This document shows positions 35,261 through 45,668 of a stretch of DNA of 64,000 nucleotides, one piece after another. Source of the DNA: Candidatus Binataceae bacterium (GTDB lineage: Bacteria > Desulfobacterota > Binatia > Binatales > Binataceae); NCBI GenBank assembly GCA_035508495.1, contig DATJMX010000022.1, positions 44,139 to 108,138 of the forward strand. The letters are read 5' to 3'. The stretch's first letter is position 1, and the number at the start of each line of letters is the position of its first letter. The notes below the pieces were generated by a model, which was given only the letters and a program-made list of their open reading frames with translations, was not told where the DNA came from and made no database searches. Made by a program: the position numbers and the translations under genes.

Positions 35261-36055
35261 ATGCCGACGCAGGCTCCAGATCACAAGTCGTTGGTGAAGG
35301 AGGAATTCACACGCCAGGCCGACGCGTTTGCTTCTTCGCCAACTATCAAGGATCCCGATCGCATCGCACTTCTGGTTGCGGCTGTCGCGCCCGACGCGAC
35401 GACGCGCGTGCTCGAGCTCGCGACCGGCCCCGGTCATATCGCGCTCGCATTTGCGCCGCGATGCCGCGAGGTCGTTGGCATCGACCTGACCGAGGCGCCG
35501 CTCAAGATCGCGGAGAAGATGCGCGCCGAGCGCGGAATCACCAATGCGCGATTCATCCAGGGCGACGTCGAAGGCCGGCTGCCGTTCGACGACGGCGAAT
35601 TCGACGCGGCCGTGTGCCGTTTCTCGTTCCATCATTTTCAGAATCCCGCCAACGTCGCGCGCGAGATGGCGCGCGTCTGCCGCGTCGGCGCGCGAATCGT
35701 GGTCGAGGACATCGGAGCCAGCGAGCATCCGGAGCGCGCCGCGTATCACAATCATTTTGAGCGGCTGCGCGACACGTCGCATACGCGCTTCATTCCGCTT
35801 TCCGAGATGCTGACGATGATCGCGGCGGCCGGACTCGATGTCGTGAGCGTTAAGACCGCCGAGATTCCAAATCCCGTCGAGCGCTGGCTCGAGACGACCT
35901 ACACGCCACCCGAGCGTGCCGCCGAGGTCCGCGAGTTTATCGAACGCGACATCCGCGAGGACTTAAGCGGCGCCGACGCACGGCGCCAGAATGGCAAGCT
36001 CTACTTCACGCATCGCTCGGCGATCATCACCGCGCGCAAGCTCGCGCATCGTTGA
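35261..36055 (+). CDS. Class I SAM-dependent methyltransferase (Methyltransf_11-like)
   Basis: Motif I VLELATGPGHIAL and motif post-I VGIDLTE. Confidence 0.85.
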   Translation: MPTQAPDHKSLVKEEFTRQADAFASSPTIKDPDRIALLVAAVAPDATTRVLELATGPGHIALAFAPRCREVVGIDLTEAPLKIAEKMRAERGITNARFIQGDVEGRLPFDDGEFDAAVCRFSFHHFQNPANVAREMARVCRVGARIVVEDIGASEHPERAAYHNHFERLRDTSHTRFIPLSEMLTMIAAAGLDVVSVKTAEIPNPVERWLETTYTPPERAAEVREFIERDIREDLSGADARRQNGKLYFTHRSAIITARKLAHR

Positions 36056-36073
36056 AAAGGGGAGGGGTGAATC

Positions 36074-36427
36074 ATGAGATGCGACATCTGTATCGACGTT
36101 GACGACGTCGCCGCCGCAGTGAAGTTCTACGGCGACGGCATCGGACTCGAAGTAGTGAAGGCGGAGCAGGACTGGGCGCAGGTGAAGATCGGCGAGCAGA
36201 CGATCTGGATCATGAAGATCGCGGCCGGCCCGGCCGGCGAAATCACACGCTCATACCATCGCCACTGGACTCCAGTGCATCTCGATTTCCACGTCAAAGA
36301 CATCGACGCGGTGATCGCGCGCGCCATCGCCGCAGGCGGCAAACTCGAAAACCGCCCCAAGCCCCAACTGGCAAACCTGTCAGACCCCTCCGGCAACGGC
36401 GTCGACCTGGTTAAGGCGAACGATTAG
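36074..36427 (+). CDS. VOC/glyoxalase family protein
   Basis: 117 aa. VKFYGDGIGLEVV and C-terminal DPSGNGVDLV motifs. Confidence 0.75.
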   Translation: MRCDICIDVDDVAAAVKFYGDGIGLEVVKAEQDWAQVKIGEQTIWIMKIAAGPAGEITRSYHRHWTPVHLDFHVKDIDAVIARAIAAGGKLENRPKPQLANLSDPSGNGVDLVKAND

Positions 36428-36834
36428 TCTTCGAACGGATTGAAGCAACTGACGCCGCTGCGTTCGACGTCCTTGGCGTTCCGAGTGACGAAGGTAAGGT
36501 CGTGCACTGCGGCGGTAGCTGCCATTAAGGCGTCAACCACAAAAAACTGGTGGTGAGCGTTTATCCGGCCCCAACGTTGCGCGATTGCCTTGTCTACCGG
36601 TAGCAGACGGTCTCCAAGCGATCGAAGCAACTCATGTAACCAGCCTTCCAGTTGATGCACTCCATGCGGATTTCGTCGCCGCAAGCGCTCTATCTCTTGC
36701 CGAATCTCGCCGATGGCCAGAACGCTTACGAAAACCTCGTGTTCAGGGATCTGTAGAAACCATTGCCGAACGTGCGGATCGCACCTTTCTTTCTTGCGCA
36801 GTTCTGAGAGCACAATGGTGTCCAGGAGATACAT
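36424..36834 (-). CDS. vapC: Type II toxin, PIN-domain ribonuclease VapC
   Basis: MYLLDTIVLSEL (first acidic residue) and later conserved D residues (VVDALMAATA, TRNAKDV). Overlaps the antitoxin stop. Confidence 0.85.
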   Translation of the reverse strand: MYLLDTIVLSELRKKERCDPHVRQWFLQIPEHEVFVSVLAIGEIRQEIERLRRRNPHGVHQLEGWLHELLRSLGDRLLPVDKAIAQRWGRINAHHQFFVVDALMAATAAVHDLTFVTRNAKDVERSGVSCFNPFED

Positions 36835-37073
36835 CAGAGGTCGACTTTCCGCGCCTTTTCACGCGAGCGGACGATCTTCAGATCGATATCCGGGCCGGAC
36901 ATAAGGATTTCCTTGAAACTACGCCTTCCCTTGCTCGGCCGATCGAAGTCTTCGGCGCGGACGAGCACCGCGACGGGTTTGCCGTGACGTGTGATGGTCT
37001 GTGGACCGTCTTTTATCGCACGCTCGACCATCTCACTGAATCGCGCCTTCGCCTGCTGCACCTGCCACTTCAT
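36834..37073 (-). CDS. Type II antitoxin, Phd/YefM-like
   Basis: 79 aa. QAKARFSEMVERAIKDGPQTITRHGKPVAVLV is the typical Phd/YefM N-terminal fold motif. Sits immediately upstream of vapC. Confidence 0.8.
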   Translation of the reverse strand: MKWQVQQAKARFSEMVERAIKDGPQTITRHGKPVAVLVRAEDFDRPSKGRRSFKEILMSGPDIDLKIVRSREKARKVDL

Positions 37074-37120
37074 AAATTCAGTCTAGTCTGACTAGTTAGA
37101 ATAGGCAAAGGAAGGGTATA

Positions 37121-37912
37121 TCAAAACTCCCAGCCGATGATCGATTTTATGAAGATGCCGTGGCTGGCGGTTGTTGTGCCGATGCCGACGCCGAGGTTCA
37201 GCTCCAGCCGATCGATGATATGCAGGTTGGCGGCGGGGACGACGAAGTGTTGCTGCTTCTGGATGCCGGGCAGCGCTTCCATTGCGCCCATGTCGCCGTA
37301 GTATTCGAGCGCCGGCGTTACCCATCGCGTCAGGTCATACTCGATCATGCCTGAGGGCTCGAACTGAAAGCCCTTGTGCGCGCCGGGACCGCTGAATGGA
37401 TCTTCAAAAGCGAAGTTGCCGACGATCGTGAACTTCTTGAACTCCGTCTCCGCGATCGGGCGAAGCTCCAGCGTCATCGGGTTTTCCTCGGCCTCGAAGC
37501 GCATGTAATCGAGCTCGATATTACCGCCCAACTGCACCGGCCACTTCTCGGTTTGTGGGATGCCGAAGTGCATCTTGGTGCGCGACCCAGCGTAGTTGTA
37601 TTCGCCGTTGCTGAATTTCCCCGTCGCGAAATATTGACCGACCTCGAGCCACGGAAAGACGCCGTACGAACCCTCGAGCGTCTCGTGGACCTGGTAGGGG
37701 TTGAGTTGCTGCTTCGCGAGCGTGCCGGTCGCGGTCGTGACGCTATTGGAATGAAGCTCGAGCTCGAAGTGCCCCTGCGGCGTCGTTTCAGTCTCGTAAA
37801 TCTGGATTTCGTAAAAGTCGATCGCCGAGGCGGGCCGCGCCTCGAAAAGAAATGCGGCGAGAAACGCGAGCATCACGAGGATGGTGCTCAGTCTGCGATG
37901 CACGCGCGGCAC
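37121..37912 (-). CDS. Outer-membrane beta-barrel protein candidate (MetA-pathway/transporter-like)
   Basis: Signal peptide ...ARPASA/I, alternating beta-strand pattern, C-terminal ...SIIGWEF (terminal Phe). Confidence 0.6.
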   Translation of the reverse strand: MPRVHRRLSTILVMLAFLAAFLFEARPASAIDFYEIQIYETETTPQGHFELELHSNSVTTATGTLAKQQLNPYQVHETLEGSYGVFPWLEVGQYFATGKFSNGEYNYAGSRTKMHFGIPQTEKWPVQLGGNIELDYMRFEAEENPMTLELRPIAETEFKKFTIVGNFAFEDPFSGPGAHKGFQFEPSGMIEYDLTRWVTPALEYYGDMGAMEALPGIQKQQHFVVPAANLHIIDRLELNLGVGIGTTTASHGIFIKSIIGWEF

Positions 37913-37915
37913 TGT

Positions 37916-38812
37916 TCACTTCGGCTTCGACAATCCTGCATCGTCAGACGCGCCGAGCGCGACTGCGGACCAATCCATCTCGCTGCGCCCGTTGGCAATC
38001 GCAGAGAGAAAGCGATCGTGAAGCATGCTCGCCAAGGGCATTGGCGCGGAGACCTCCGCCGCCGTCTTGAGCGCGAGGTCCACGTCCTTGAGTCCGAGCG
38101 GCAGACGAAAGCCGGCGGGCGTATGCTTGCGATGCGCGATCGCCGCGCCGTAGCCCTGATAGACCGGGCACGCGAAGAGCGATTTGGAGAGGAGATCCAT
38201 GACGACGGTGCGATCGACGCCGCTCTTTTCAACCATTGCGAGCGCCTCGCCCATCGATTCCATCGCGGCCGCGATCATGAAGTTGCCGGCGACCTTGACG
38301 ACGTTGGCGGCGCCGGGATCGTCGCCAAAATCGACGATCGCCTGGCCCATTGCTTCAAGTATGGGTTTAACTTTCTCCTTGGCCGTGCGCGGGCCCGAGG
38401 TGCAGATCCAGAGCTTCTTGGCCGCCGCCGCCTCGGGACGGCCGAACACCGGCGCGCTGACCATGACGCTGCCGCACTCGTGATGCACGGTCGCGAGCTT
38501 GCGCACGATCGCGGGCGAGACCGTCGTCATTGAAATATGGATGCCGTGCGGTGCGAGGCGCGAGGCGATCGCCGCTTCGCCCGTGACAAGATGTTCCAGC
38601 GACGCGTCGTCGGCCAGCATCGAGATAACGATCCCGTGCGCATGCGCCACGTCGCCTGGACGCTCGGCGAGTTTCGCGCCCTTGGCGACCAGGGGCGCCG
38701 CCTTCGAGGCGGTGCGGTTGAAAACAGTGACCTCGAAGCCTGCGGCGAGCAGATTTTCCGCCATCGCCGATCCCATCGCGCCCAGGCCAACAAATCCGAT
38801 TTGCTGCGTCAT
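37916..38812 (-). CDS. NAD(P)-dependent oxidoreductase, 3-hydroxyisobutyrate dehydrogenase family
   Basis: IGFVGLGAMGSAMAENLLAAGFEVTVFNRT Rossmann N-terminus. Confidence 0.85.
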   Translation of the reverse strand: MTQQIGFVGLGAMGSAMAENLLAAGFEVTVFNRTASKAAPLVAKGAKLAERPGDVAHAHGIVISMLADDASLEHLVTGEAAIASRLAPHGIHISMTTVSPAIVRKLATVHHECGSVMVSAPVFGRPEAAAAKKLWICTSGPRTAKEKVKPILEAMGQAIVDFGDDPGAANVVKVAGNFMIAAAMESMGEALAMVEKSGVDRTVVMDLLSKSLFACPVYQGYGAAIAHRKHTPAGFRLPLGLKDVDLALKTAAEVSAPMPLASMLHDRFLSAIANGRSEMDWSAVALGASDDAGLSKPK

Positions 38813-38853
38813 GCTCCAAAGCTAGCATCACGCGCGCATCTTTGAAGAGCGAA

Positions 38854-40029
38854 TCAGGCCACGATTCCACTTGCTCGCAGCTCGTCGATCGCCGCGCGCT
38901 CGAGGCCGAGGCTCTGCATCACTTCGTCGGTATGCTCACCGAGCATCGGCGCGGCGCGGCGAATCTGCGTCGCCTCGCCATCGAAGCGCGCCGCCGGCCG
39001 CGGCTGGCGCATCGGCCCGCCGTTCGGATGCTCCATCTCGAGAATCATCCCATTCGCGGCGATTTGCGGGTCGCTCAGAAGATCCTTGCGGCTCAGCACC
39101 GGTGAGCATGGCACCTGGGCGGCATCGAAGGCGCGGAGCCATTCAGCGGACGTCTTGTGCTGGAGCGCCTCGGCCGTCAGCGAAAGACGATCCTCGGCGT
39201 GACGCACGCGCGCGGCGGGCGTGCTGAAGCGCGGATCGTCGAGCCATTCTGGATGACCGATCGCGCGCGCGAGCCCCTGCCATTCGGCGTCCGAGACCGC
39301 GCCGACCGTGATGTAGCCGTCGGCGGTTTCGTAGATGAGATCGCGTGAGGTCTGGCGCACGACTACATCCTCGTTGCCCTTGAAGGTGTAAGCGGCCATG
39401 CCCTCAGGCCACTGGAACGCAATGACGGCGTCGAGCATCGCGAGCTTCAGATGCTGTCCCTTGCCGATGCGCACGCGGCCGAGCAACGCCGCGGTCATGG
39501 CCTGCGCGGCGGTCATCGCGGTTATCAGGTCGGGAACGATCAGGCGGAACATCCGCGGACGTCCCGTGCTGTCGGACTGAATCGAGGCGAGGCCCGACAG
39601 CGCCTGCACGACGGGATCGTAAACGCGCTTGTGAACGTAGGGACCTTTCTCGCCAAAGCCGCTGATCGAGACGTAAACGAGTTTCGGATTCAGAGCGCTG
39701 AGAACGTCGTAACCGATTCCCATGCGCTCGGCGGCGCCGGGTCGGAAATTCTGCACAAACAGATCGGCGTCGCGCACGAGATTTTTCAGCAGCTCGACGC
39801 CGTGCTGCTCTTTCAAATTGATCACGACCGAGCGCTTGTTGCGATTGATCACGGCGAACACCGGCGACATCGCGCTCTTGCCCGAAAGCGCGCGTGTCAG
39901 GTCGCCCATGCCCGGCGGCTCGACCTTGATAACATCCGCGCCCTGGTCGGCGAGGATCATTGTCGCCATCGGACCGGAGACCATCTGGGTCACGTCGATG
40001 ATGCGAATACCGTCGAGCGGACCGATCAT
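38854..40029 (-). CDS. CaiB/BaiF family III CoA-transferase
   Basis: ATG 40029 preceded by GAAGGAG. LDGIRIIDVTQMVSGPMATMILADQGADVIKVEPP is the family signature. The listed 31-codon extension was rejected. Confidence 0.9.
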   Translation of the reverse strand: MIGPLDGIRIIDVTQMVSGPMATMILADQGADVIKVEPPGMGDLTRALSGKSAMSPVFAVINRNKRSVVINLKEQHGVELLKNLVRDADLFVQNFRPGAAERMGIGYDVLSALNPKLVYVSISGFGEKGPYVHKRVYDPVVQALSGLASIQSDSTGRPRMFRLIVPDLITAMTAAQAMTAALLGRVRIGKGQHLKLAMLDAVIAFQWPEGMAAYTFKGNEDVVVRQTSRDLIYETADGYITVGAVSDAEWQGLARAIGHPEWLDDPRFSTPAARVRHAEDRLSLTAEALQHKTSAEWLRAFDAAQVPCSPVLSRKDLLSDPQIAANGMILEMEHPNGGPMRQPRPAARFDGEATQIRRAAPMLGEHTDEVMQSLGLERAAIDELRASGIVA

Positions 40030-40040
40030 AGCAGACTCCT

Positions 40041-40769
40041 TCAGCGCGAGCGCGCGACTCCGATGCGGGGGCATAGGTGAGCGACCGGGCAGCGCGAGCA
40101 CCAAGGCGACGTGGGATGACAAATTGTCTGGCCGAATGCCACCAGGATGCCGTTGTACTCGAGCCAGTGCTTCTTCGGCAGCACCTTACGCAGCGCCATC
40201 TCGGTCTTGTCCGGGAGCTTCGTCGTGACGAGGCCCCACCGATTCGAGATGCGATGCACGTGCGTGTCGACGCAGATGCCCGGTTTGCGAAACGCTTCCG
40301 TGACGACGAGATTCGCGGTCTTGCGCCCGACGCCCTTGAGCGTCAGCAGCGCATCGATATCGTCAGGCACGCGGCCTTCGAACTTGTCGATCAGGTCGCG
40401 GCAGATGCCACGAATCACCTTCGCCTTGGTGCGATAGAAGCCGACGGGATAGATGAGCTTCTCGAGCATCTTCGGACTGAGAGAAAGAATCGTCTCAGGC
40501 GTCGCAGCACGATCGAAGAGTCGCGCCGATGCGACCGCAGTCGTCTCGTCCTTGGTGCGGAGGCTCAGGATGCATCCGATGAGCGTCTTGAACGGATCGC
40601 GCGACTGCACCGCGATGAAGCTGACGATCGGCGCATTCCACGACGGCGCCTGCTTGCGCAGGATCTTGAGCGCCGCGCCAATCGTTGTCGGTGTAAGTGC
40701 GGCAGGCGCCCGGTTAGGAACCGCCGCCACTCTCGCAAGCTGTTTAGCTGTCGCCGTCACGCACTCCAT
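40041..40769 (-). CDS. nth: Endonuclease III (DNA glycosylase/AP lyase)
   Basis: HhH-GPD ([15 protein letters not shown]), catalytic LRTKDE / VDTHVHR, and a C-terminal 4Fe-4[18 protein letters not shown] motif. Confidence 0.9.
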   Translation of the reverse strand: MECVTATAKQLARVAAVPNRAPAALTPTTIGAALKILRKQAPSWNAPIVSFIAVQSRDPFKTLIGCILSLRTKDETTAVASARLFDRAATPETILSLSPKMLEKLIYPVGFYRTKAKVIRGICRDLIDKFEGRVPDDIDALLTLKGVGRKTANLVVTEAFRKPGICVDTHVHRISNRWGLVTTKLPDKTEMALRKVLPKKHWLEYNGILVAFGQTICHPTSPWCSRCPVAHLCPRIGVARSR

Positions 40770-41016
40770 CTATCATCGTGCGTTCCCTGACTGAACCGGA
40801 TACGGAGCGCCGCCGTTCATCAGTCTGCAGAGAAGTTCGGTCTAAAAGGCGAGCAGCCCGAAGTGATCAAGCGGCGTGGACGCGCACGATCTCGCCGCGA
40901 GCGTATCGCCACTGAAGTCTATCGCTAGTCATTTGACGGTTTGCGTGGAGGGGAATAGGTTTCGGCACGCTGGACACGGCGCGCGCTTCACGCGCGCTTT
41001 CGAGGAGGGCGCACGC

Positions 41017-41991
41017 ATGGACCTCAGCAAAGATAAAATGCTCGAGATGTATCGCGCGATGCAGCGGATTCGCCATTTCGAAGCGAAGATCCGCGACCTT
41101 GCGATGGCCAACGAAATACCGGGCTTCGTCCACGTGTCGATCGGCGAGGAGGCAAGCGCGGCCGGCGTATGCGCCGCGCTGCGCAAGACTGACTTCATCA
41201 CCTCGACCCATCGCGGCCACGGCCATCTGATCGCCAAGGGAGGGCGCCTCGACCGCATGATGGCGGAGATCTACGGCAAGCGCGGCGGCTACTGCAAAGG
41301 CAAAGGCGGCTCGATGCATATCGTCGATTTCTCGCTCGGCATCCTCGGCGCCAATGGGATCGTCGGTGCGGGACTGCCAATCGCGACCGGCTCGGCGCTC
41401 GCCGCGCAGGTCATCGGCCGCGACGACGTGACCGCGTGCTTCTTCGGCGACGGCGCATCGAACGAGGGCACCTTCCACGAGTCGCTCAACATCGCGGCGG
41501 TGTGGAAACTGCCTGTCGTGTTTATCTGCGAGAACAACGGCTTCGGCGAGTTCACGCCGATGCATACCGTGACTTCGGTTCGCGATATCGCCGTGCGCGC
41601 CAAGGCCTACGACATGCCGGGCTTCACGATCGACGGTAACGACGTGCTCGAAGTCTTCAAGTTCGCCAGCGAAGCCGTGGCGCGCGCGCGGGAAGGGCAG
41701 GGCCCGACGCTCATCGAATGCAAGACCTATCGATGGGAAGGTCACGTCGTCGGCGAGCAGGCGATCCTTGGCGAGTATGCCTATCGCAGCAAGGACGAAG
41801 TCGATTCGTGGAAGCTGAAGTGCCCGCTGATTCGATTTGAAAAGTGGTGCGCCGAGAGCGGCAAGATCGACGGCGCTGAGCTGAAGAAGATCGTCGGCGA
41901 GACCGAGAAGGAACTCGAAGAGGCGATCGCCTTCGCGCGCTCGAGTGAGCTGCCCTCGCCCGGGGAAGTTACCGACGACGTGTTCGCCTGA
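41017..41991 (+). CDS. 2-oxoacid (pyruvate/acetoin-type) dehydrogenase E1 alpha subunit, TPP-dependent
   Basis: GAGGAGGG SD. MLEMYRAMQRIRHFE, and the TPP motif GDGASNEGTFHESLNIAAVWKLPVVFICENN. Confidence 0.9.
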   Translation: MDLSKDKMLEMYRAMQRIRHFEAKIRDLAMANEIPGFVHVSIGEEASAAGVCAALRKTDFITSTHRGHGHLIAKGGRLDRMMAEIYGKRGGYCKGKGGSMHIVDFSLGILGANGIVGAGLPIATGSALAAQVIGRDDVTACFFGDGASNEGTFHESLNIAAVWKLPVVFICENNGFGEFTPMHTVTSVRDIAVRAKAYDMPGFTIDGNDVLEVFKFASEAVARAREGQGPTLIECKTYRWEGHVVGEQAILGEYAYRSKDEVDSWKLKCPLIRFEKWCAESGKIDGAELKKIVGETEKELEEAIAFARSSELPSPGEVTDDVFA

Positions 41992-42009
41992 ACACGCGGA
42001 GATTCGGCC

Positions 42010-42981
42010 ATGGCACAAACCAATTTTATCCAGGCGATCAACCAGGCGCTGTCCGAAGAGATGGCGCGCGACCCGAAAACATTTTTGATGGGCGAGGACG
42101 TCGTGCTGGCGGCGTTCGGCGCGACCAAAGGCCTTATCGACAAGTTCGGACCCTCGCGCGTGCGCAATACTCCGATTTCGGAGGCAGGCTTCGTCGGCGC
42201 CGCCGTGGGCGCCGCGATGGCGGGAGCGCGGCCGATCTGCGAGGTCGAGTTTGCGAGTTTTTTCTACTGCGCGTTCGACCAAGTTTGTAACCAGGCGGCG
42301 AAGCTCCGCTACATGTCGGGCGGCCAGGCTGCCATGCCGATCACGTTCCGCGCCGTGTTCGGTGCGATGGGCGGCGCGGCAGCGCAGCATTCCGAAACCG
42401 TCTATGCGCAGTTCCTCAGCGTGCCGGGACTCAAGCTCGTCGTGCCATCGTCGCCCGCGGACGTGAAGGGCCTGCTCAAGAGCGCGATTCGCGACGACAA
42501 CCCGGTGATCGTTTTCGAGCACGGCGCGCTCGGCCGCCTGCGCGAGGAGATTCCCGAGGGCGACTATCTCGTGCCGCTCGGCAAGGCCGCGATCAAGCGC
42601 GCGGGCGAGAACGTCACCGTCGTCGCGATTGGCGCGATGGTGCCGAAGGCGCTCAAGGTTGCCGACAAGCTCGCGAAGGAAAATATCTCGGTTGAGGTCG
42701 TCGATCCGCGCACGCTGATTCCGCTCGACGAGGACATGATTCTGAGCTCCGTCGAGAAAACCAATCGCGTGGTGGTCGCCGATGAGGGTCATCTGCGCGG
42801 CGGCGCGGCGGCGGATATCGCGGCTCTTATCGGGGAAAAAGCTTTCGACTTCCTCGACGCGCCGGTGAAACGTGTCACTGCGCTCGACGTGCCGATTCCG
42901 TTCAGCCCGCCGCTCGAGAAAGCTGCGATTCCCGGCGAGGATCGAATCGAGGCTGCGATTCGCGAGGTCGCCGGACGCTGA
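42010..42981 (+). CDS. 2-oxoacid dehydrogenase E1 beta subunit
   Basis: INQALSEEMARDPKTFLMGEDV...RVRNTPISEAGFVG is the typical E1-beta N-terminus. Confidence 0.92.
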   Translation: MAQTNFIQAINQALSEEMARDPKTFLMGEDVVLAAFGATKGLIDKFGPSRVRNTPISEAGFVGAAVGAAMAGARPICEVEFASFFYCAFDQVCNQAAKLRYMSGGQAAMPITFRAVFGAMGGAAAQHSETVYAQFLSVPGLKLVVPSSPADVKGLLKSAIRDDNPVIVFEHGALGRLREEIPEGDYLVPLGKAAIKRAGENVTVVAIGAMVPKALKVADKLAKENISVEVVDPRTLIPLDEDMILSSVEKTNRVVVADEGHLRGGAAADIAALIGEKAFDFLDAPVKRVTALDVPIPFSPPLEKAAIPGEDRIEAAIREVAGR

Positions 42982-43006
42982 CAGGTTGTGAATCGCGGAG
43001 CGATAC

Positions 43007-44194
43007 GTGGCGGTTGAAGTAACGATGCCCAAGTTCGGGCTCACGATGCACGAGGGCACTATCCAGCGCTTCTTCAAGGCGCCGGGCGAACCTGTGAAAG
43101 CGGGCGAGCCGATTTTTGAGGTCGAGACCGAGAAGGTTCTCTACGAAGTCGAATCGCCCGCAACCGGCACGCTCGCCGTCGCGCTGTGCGAAGAAGGCGC
43201 GACGATCGAATGCGGCCTCGGCGTCGTAGTGATCGCGGAGGCTGGCGAGGATATCGCCGGTCTCGCGACAAAGTATGCGTCGCGCGCCACTCAACTTGTC
43301 GCCTCCAATCACGTTCCGTCAGCCGCGCTCGCGAGAACTGCCGTACAACCTGAAACCTCGGCTGGCGCACGCCGCGCGATAAGTCCGGTCGCACGCAAGC
43401 TCGCTACCGAGCTCGGCGTCAACCTCGACAATGTTCAAGGCACGGGACCGGGCGGACGCGTCACCAAAGAAGATGTAGAGCGCGCAGCAAAATCGCCCGC
43501 AGCGACGGTATCTGCGCCAATCGCGGCGCCCGCGGGACAGCGCACTCCGATACGAGGGGTGCGGAAGCTCATCGCCGAGCGGATGCATCAGAGTTTGCAG
43601 GCGACGGCGCAGCTCACGATCACGAGCGAAGTCGACGTGACCCCGGCGACCGAGCTGCGCGCGCGGCTCACGCGCGAGTTCGATTTCACCTACACCGACA
43701 TGATCGTGCATGCGTGTGCGCGCGCATTGCTGCGCCATCCGCGGATGAGCACGAAGCTCGACGGCGCCGACCTCGTCGCAGCCTCCGAAATCAATATCGG
43801 ACTCGCCGTCGCGCTCGACGAAGGTCTGATCGTTCCAGTAATTCGCAATGCCGATCGCAAGGCGCTGCGCGAGATCGCTGTCGAAAGCCGCGCGCTGGCC
43901 GACAAAGCGCACGCCTCGCGCCTCAGACTCGAAGATGTCACCGGCGGCACGTTTACGATCAGCAATCTCGGCACCTACGGCGTCGATGGGTTCACGCCGA
44001 TTCTGAACCACGGCGAGACTGGTATCCTCGGGGTTGGCCGGATCCTCGAGAAGCCCGCGATCTATCGCGGCGAGATCACTCGGCGTGCGATGCTCACTCT
44101 CAGTCTCACCTTCGACCATCGTGTGATCGACGGCGCGCCGGCGGCCGAATTTCTGCAGAGCGTCGTCGAGATCCTCAACTACGGCGAACGATGA
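43007..44194 (+). CDS. Dihydrolipoamide acyltransferase E2
   Basis: Lipoyl domain (EVETEKVLYEVESP), E3/E1-binding domain (ISPVARKLATELGVNL), catalytic DHRVIDGA. Confidence 0.92.
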   Translation: MAVEVTMPKFGLTMHEGTIQRFFKAPGEPVKAGEPIFEVETEKVLYEVESPATGTLAVALCEEGATIECGLGVVVIAEAGEDIAGLATKYASRATQLVASNHVPSAALARTAVQPETSAGARRAISPVARKLATELGVNLDNVQGTGPGGRVTKEDVERAAKSPAATVSAPIAAPAGQRTPIRGVRKLIAERMHQSLQATAQLTITSEVDVTPATELRARLTREFDFTYTDMIVHACARALLRHPRMSTKLDGADLVAASEINIGLAVALDEGLIVPVIRNADRKALREIAVESRALADKAHASRLRLEDVTGGTFTISNLGTYGVDGFTPILNHGETGILGVGRILEKPAIYRGEITRRAMLTLSLTFDHRVIDGAPAAEFLQSVVEILNYGER

Positions 44195-45660
44195 AAGGCT
44201 TGATGAACCTTCGTACCTCCTTCACCGGTCTCCTCGCCGCCCTGCTCGTCATCACAGTTAGCTCCCACGCCTTTGCCCAGGCGAGCGTTTCGGTTGGACC
44301 CGCGGCTCATCCGCTGACCAGGAAAGCACCGCCGCCCAAGGCGATCGACTGGGACAAGGCGACGCAGGAAGCCACCGAGCTGCTCTCCAAGTACATCCAG
44401 ATCAACACTACCGACCCGCCCGGCGACGAGTTACCGGCGGCGAAGATGCTCAAGGACGTGTTCCTCGAAAACGGAATCCCCGCGACGACGTGGGAGCCGC
44501 AGCCCGGACGCGGGATTGTCGCGGCGCGCCTGCGCGGTATCGGCAACCACTCCAAGGCTCTAATCCTACTGAGCCATATGGACGTGGTGCCCGCAGTGGC
44601 CAAGGAATGGAAGGTGCCGCCGTTCTCGGGCCTCGTGAAGGACGGCAGGATCTGGGGCCGTGGCGCGATCGACGACAAGGGCATGGGCGTGATGGAGCTG
44701 ATGGCGATGCTCGCGATCAAGCGCGCCGGGATCCTGCTCGATCGCGACGTGATCTTCATCGCGACCGGCGATGAGGAAGTCGGTGGCGAGAACGGCGCGG
44801 GATGGTTCGCCGATCACGAGCACCAGGTTTATTCCGACGCCGGATTCCTGCTTAACGAAGGCGGTGGCATCCGCGATCTCAAGGACGGCAAAAAGTTCTA
44901 CGCCGTCTCGGTCACAGAAAAGACTCCGCTGTGGTTGCGGCTGACGGCCACGGGACCGGCAGGGCATGCGTCGGCGCCGCCCGCCGACACGGCAGTGACC
45001 AAGCTCGTGCGGGCGTTGCAGAAGCTCATCGACTACCAGACGCCGATTCGAATCCTCACTCCGGTGCAGGATGTCTACCATACGATCGGCGAGCTCGAGC
45101 ACGGCCCCAAGGAGTTCCTGAATCTCGAAGCGTCGCTCAGAGATCCTGCCTTCCTGAAGCAGTTCATCGCCGAGCCCGGACAAAACTCGCAGATCCGCGA
45201 CACGATCGCGCCGACGGTCCTGTCGGGATCCGAGAAGACCAACATGATTCCCGCCACCGCGTACGCGGAAATCGATTGCCGGCTGCTGCCGGGTTCGGAT
45301 CCGCAGGCGTTCCTCAAGAACCTCAAGAAGACGCTTGGCGACGACACGATCAAGATCGACGTGCTGCTCAATTTTCCGCCCGCCTCGTCGCCGTCGCGCT
45401 CCGAGCTGATGACGGCGATCGAAACGCTGGCGCGGCGCACCGACAAATGTCCCGTCGTGCCGACGATGGTCGGCGGATTCACTGATTGTCACTATTTCAG
45501 GCTGAAGAAGATCATTTCTTATGGCTTCATGCCCGTGGAGCTCGCGCCGGTGGGAACGAGCGGCGTGCACGGCGACAACGAATCGATCGGTATCAACGAG
45601 CTGAGCAACGGAATTCGACGGATGGTCGAGCTGCTGAAGATCTTCGGCGGCCGATCGTAG
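44191..45660 (+). CDS. Exported M20/M28-type metallopeptidase (ArgE/DapE/CPG2-like)
   Basis: ATG 44191 overlaps the E2 TGA (ATGA). Signal peptide ...SSHAFA/Q. Metal ligands in LSHMDVVP, GAIDDKG, GDEEVGG. The listed upstream 159 codons overlap E2 and were rejected. Confidence 0.85.
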   Translation: MKGLMNLRTSFTGLLAALLVITVSSHAFAQASVSVGPAAHPLTRKAPPPKAIDWDKATQEATELLSKYIQINTTDPPGDELPAAKMLKDVFLENGIPATTWEPQPGRGIVAARLRGIGNHSKALILLSHMDVVPAVAKEWKVPPFSGLVKDGRIWGRGAIDDKGMGVMELMAMLAIKRAGILLDRDVIFIATGDEEVGGENGAGWFADHEHQVYSDAGFLLNEGGGIRDLKDGKKFYAVSVTEKTPLWLRLTATGPAGHASAPPADTAVTKLVRALQKLIDYQTPIRILTPVQDVYHTIGELEHGPKEFLNLEASLRDPAFLKQFIAEPGQNSQIRDTIAPTVLSGSEKTNMIPATAYAEIDCRLLPGSDPQAFLKNLKKTLGDDTIKIDVLLNFPPASSPSRSELMTAIETLARRTDKCPVVPTMVGGFTDCHYFRLKKIISYGFMPVELAPVGTSGVHGDNESIGINELSNGIRRMVELLKIFGGRS

Positions 45661-45668
45661 GTGACGCT

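Noticed and set aside
40960-40980. Sigma54-like element (GGCACG-N-...) upstream of the E1-alpha gene, as expected for acetoin-type operons
   Set aside because: Only the GGCAC part is present. The -12 TTGC element is missing (CACGG instead), and no enhancer-binding-protein gene is nearby.
40867-43077. 736-aa minus-strand ORF, the longest in that region
   Set aside because: It is antisense to the E1-alpha and E1-beta genes, whose translations carry clear TPP and E1 motifs. Its R/H/A/D-rich junk composition marks it as a shadow ORF.
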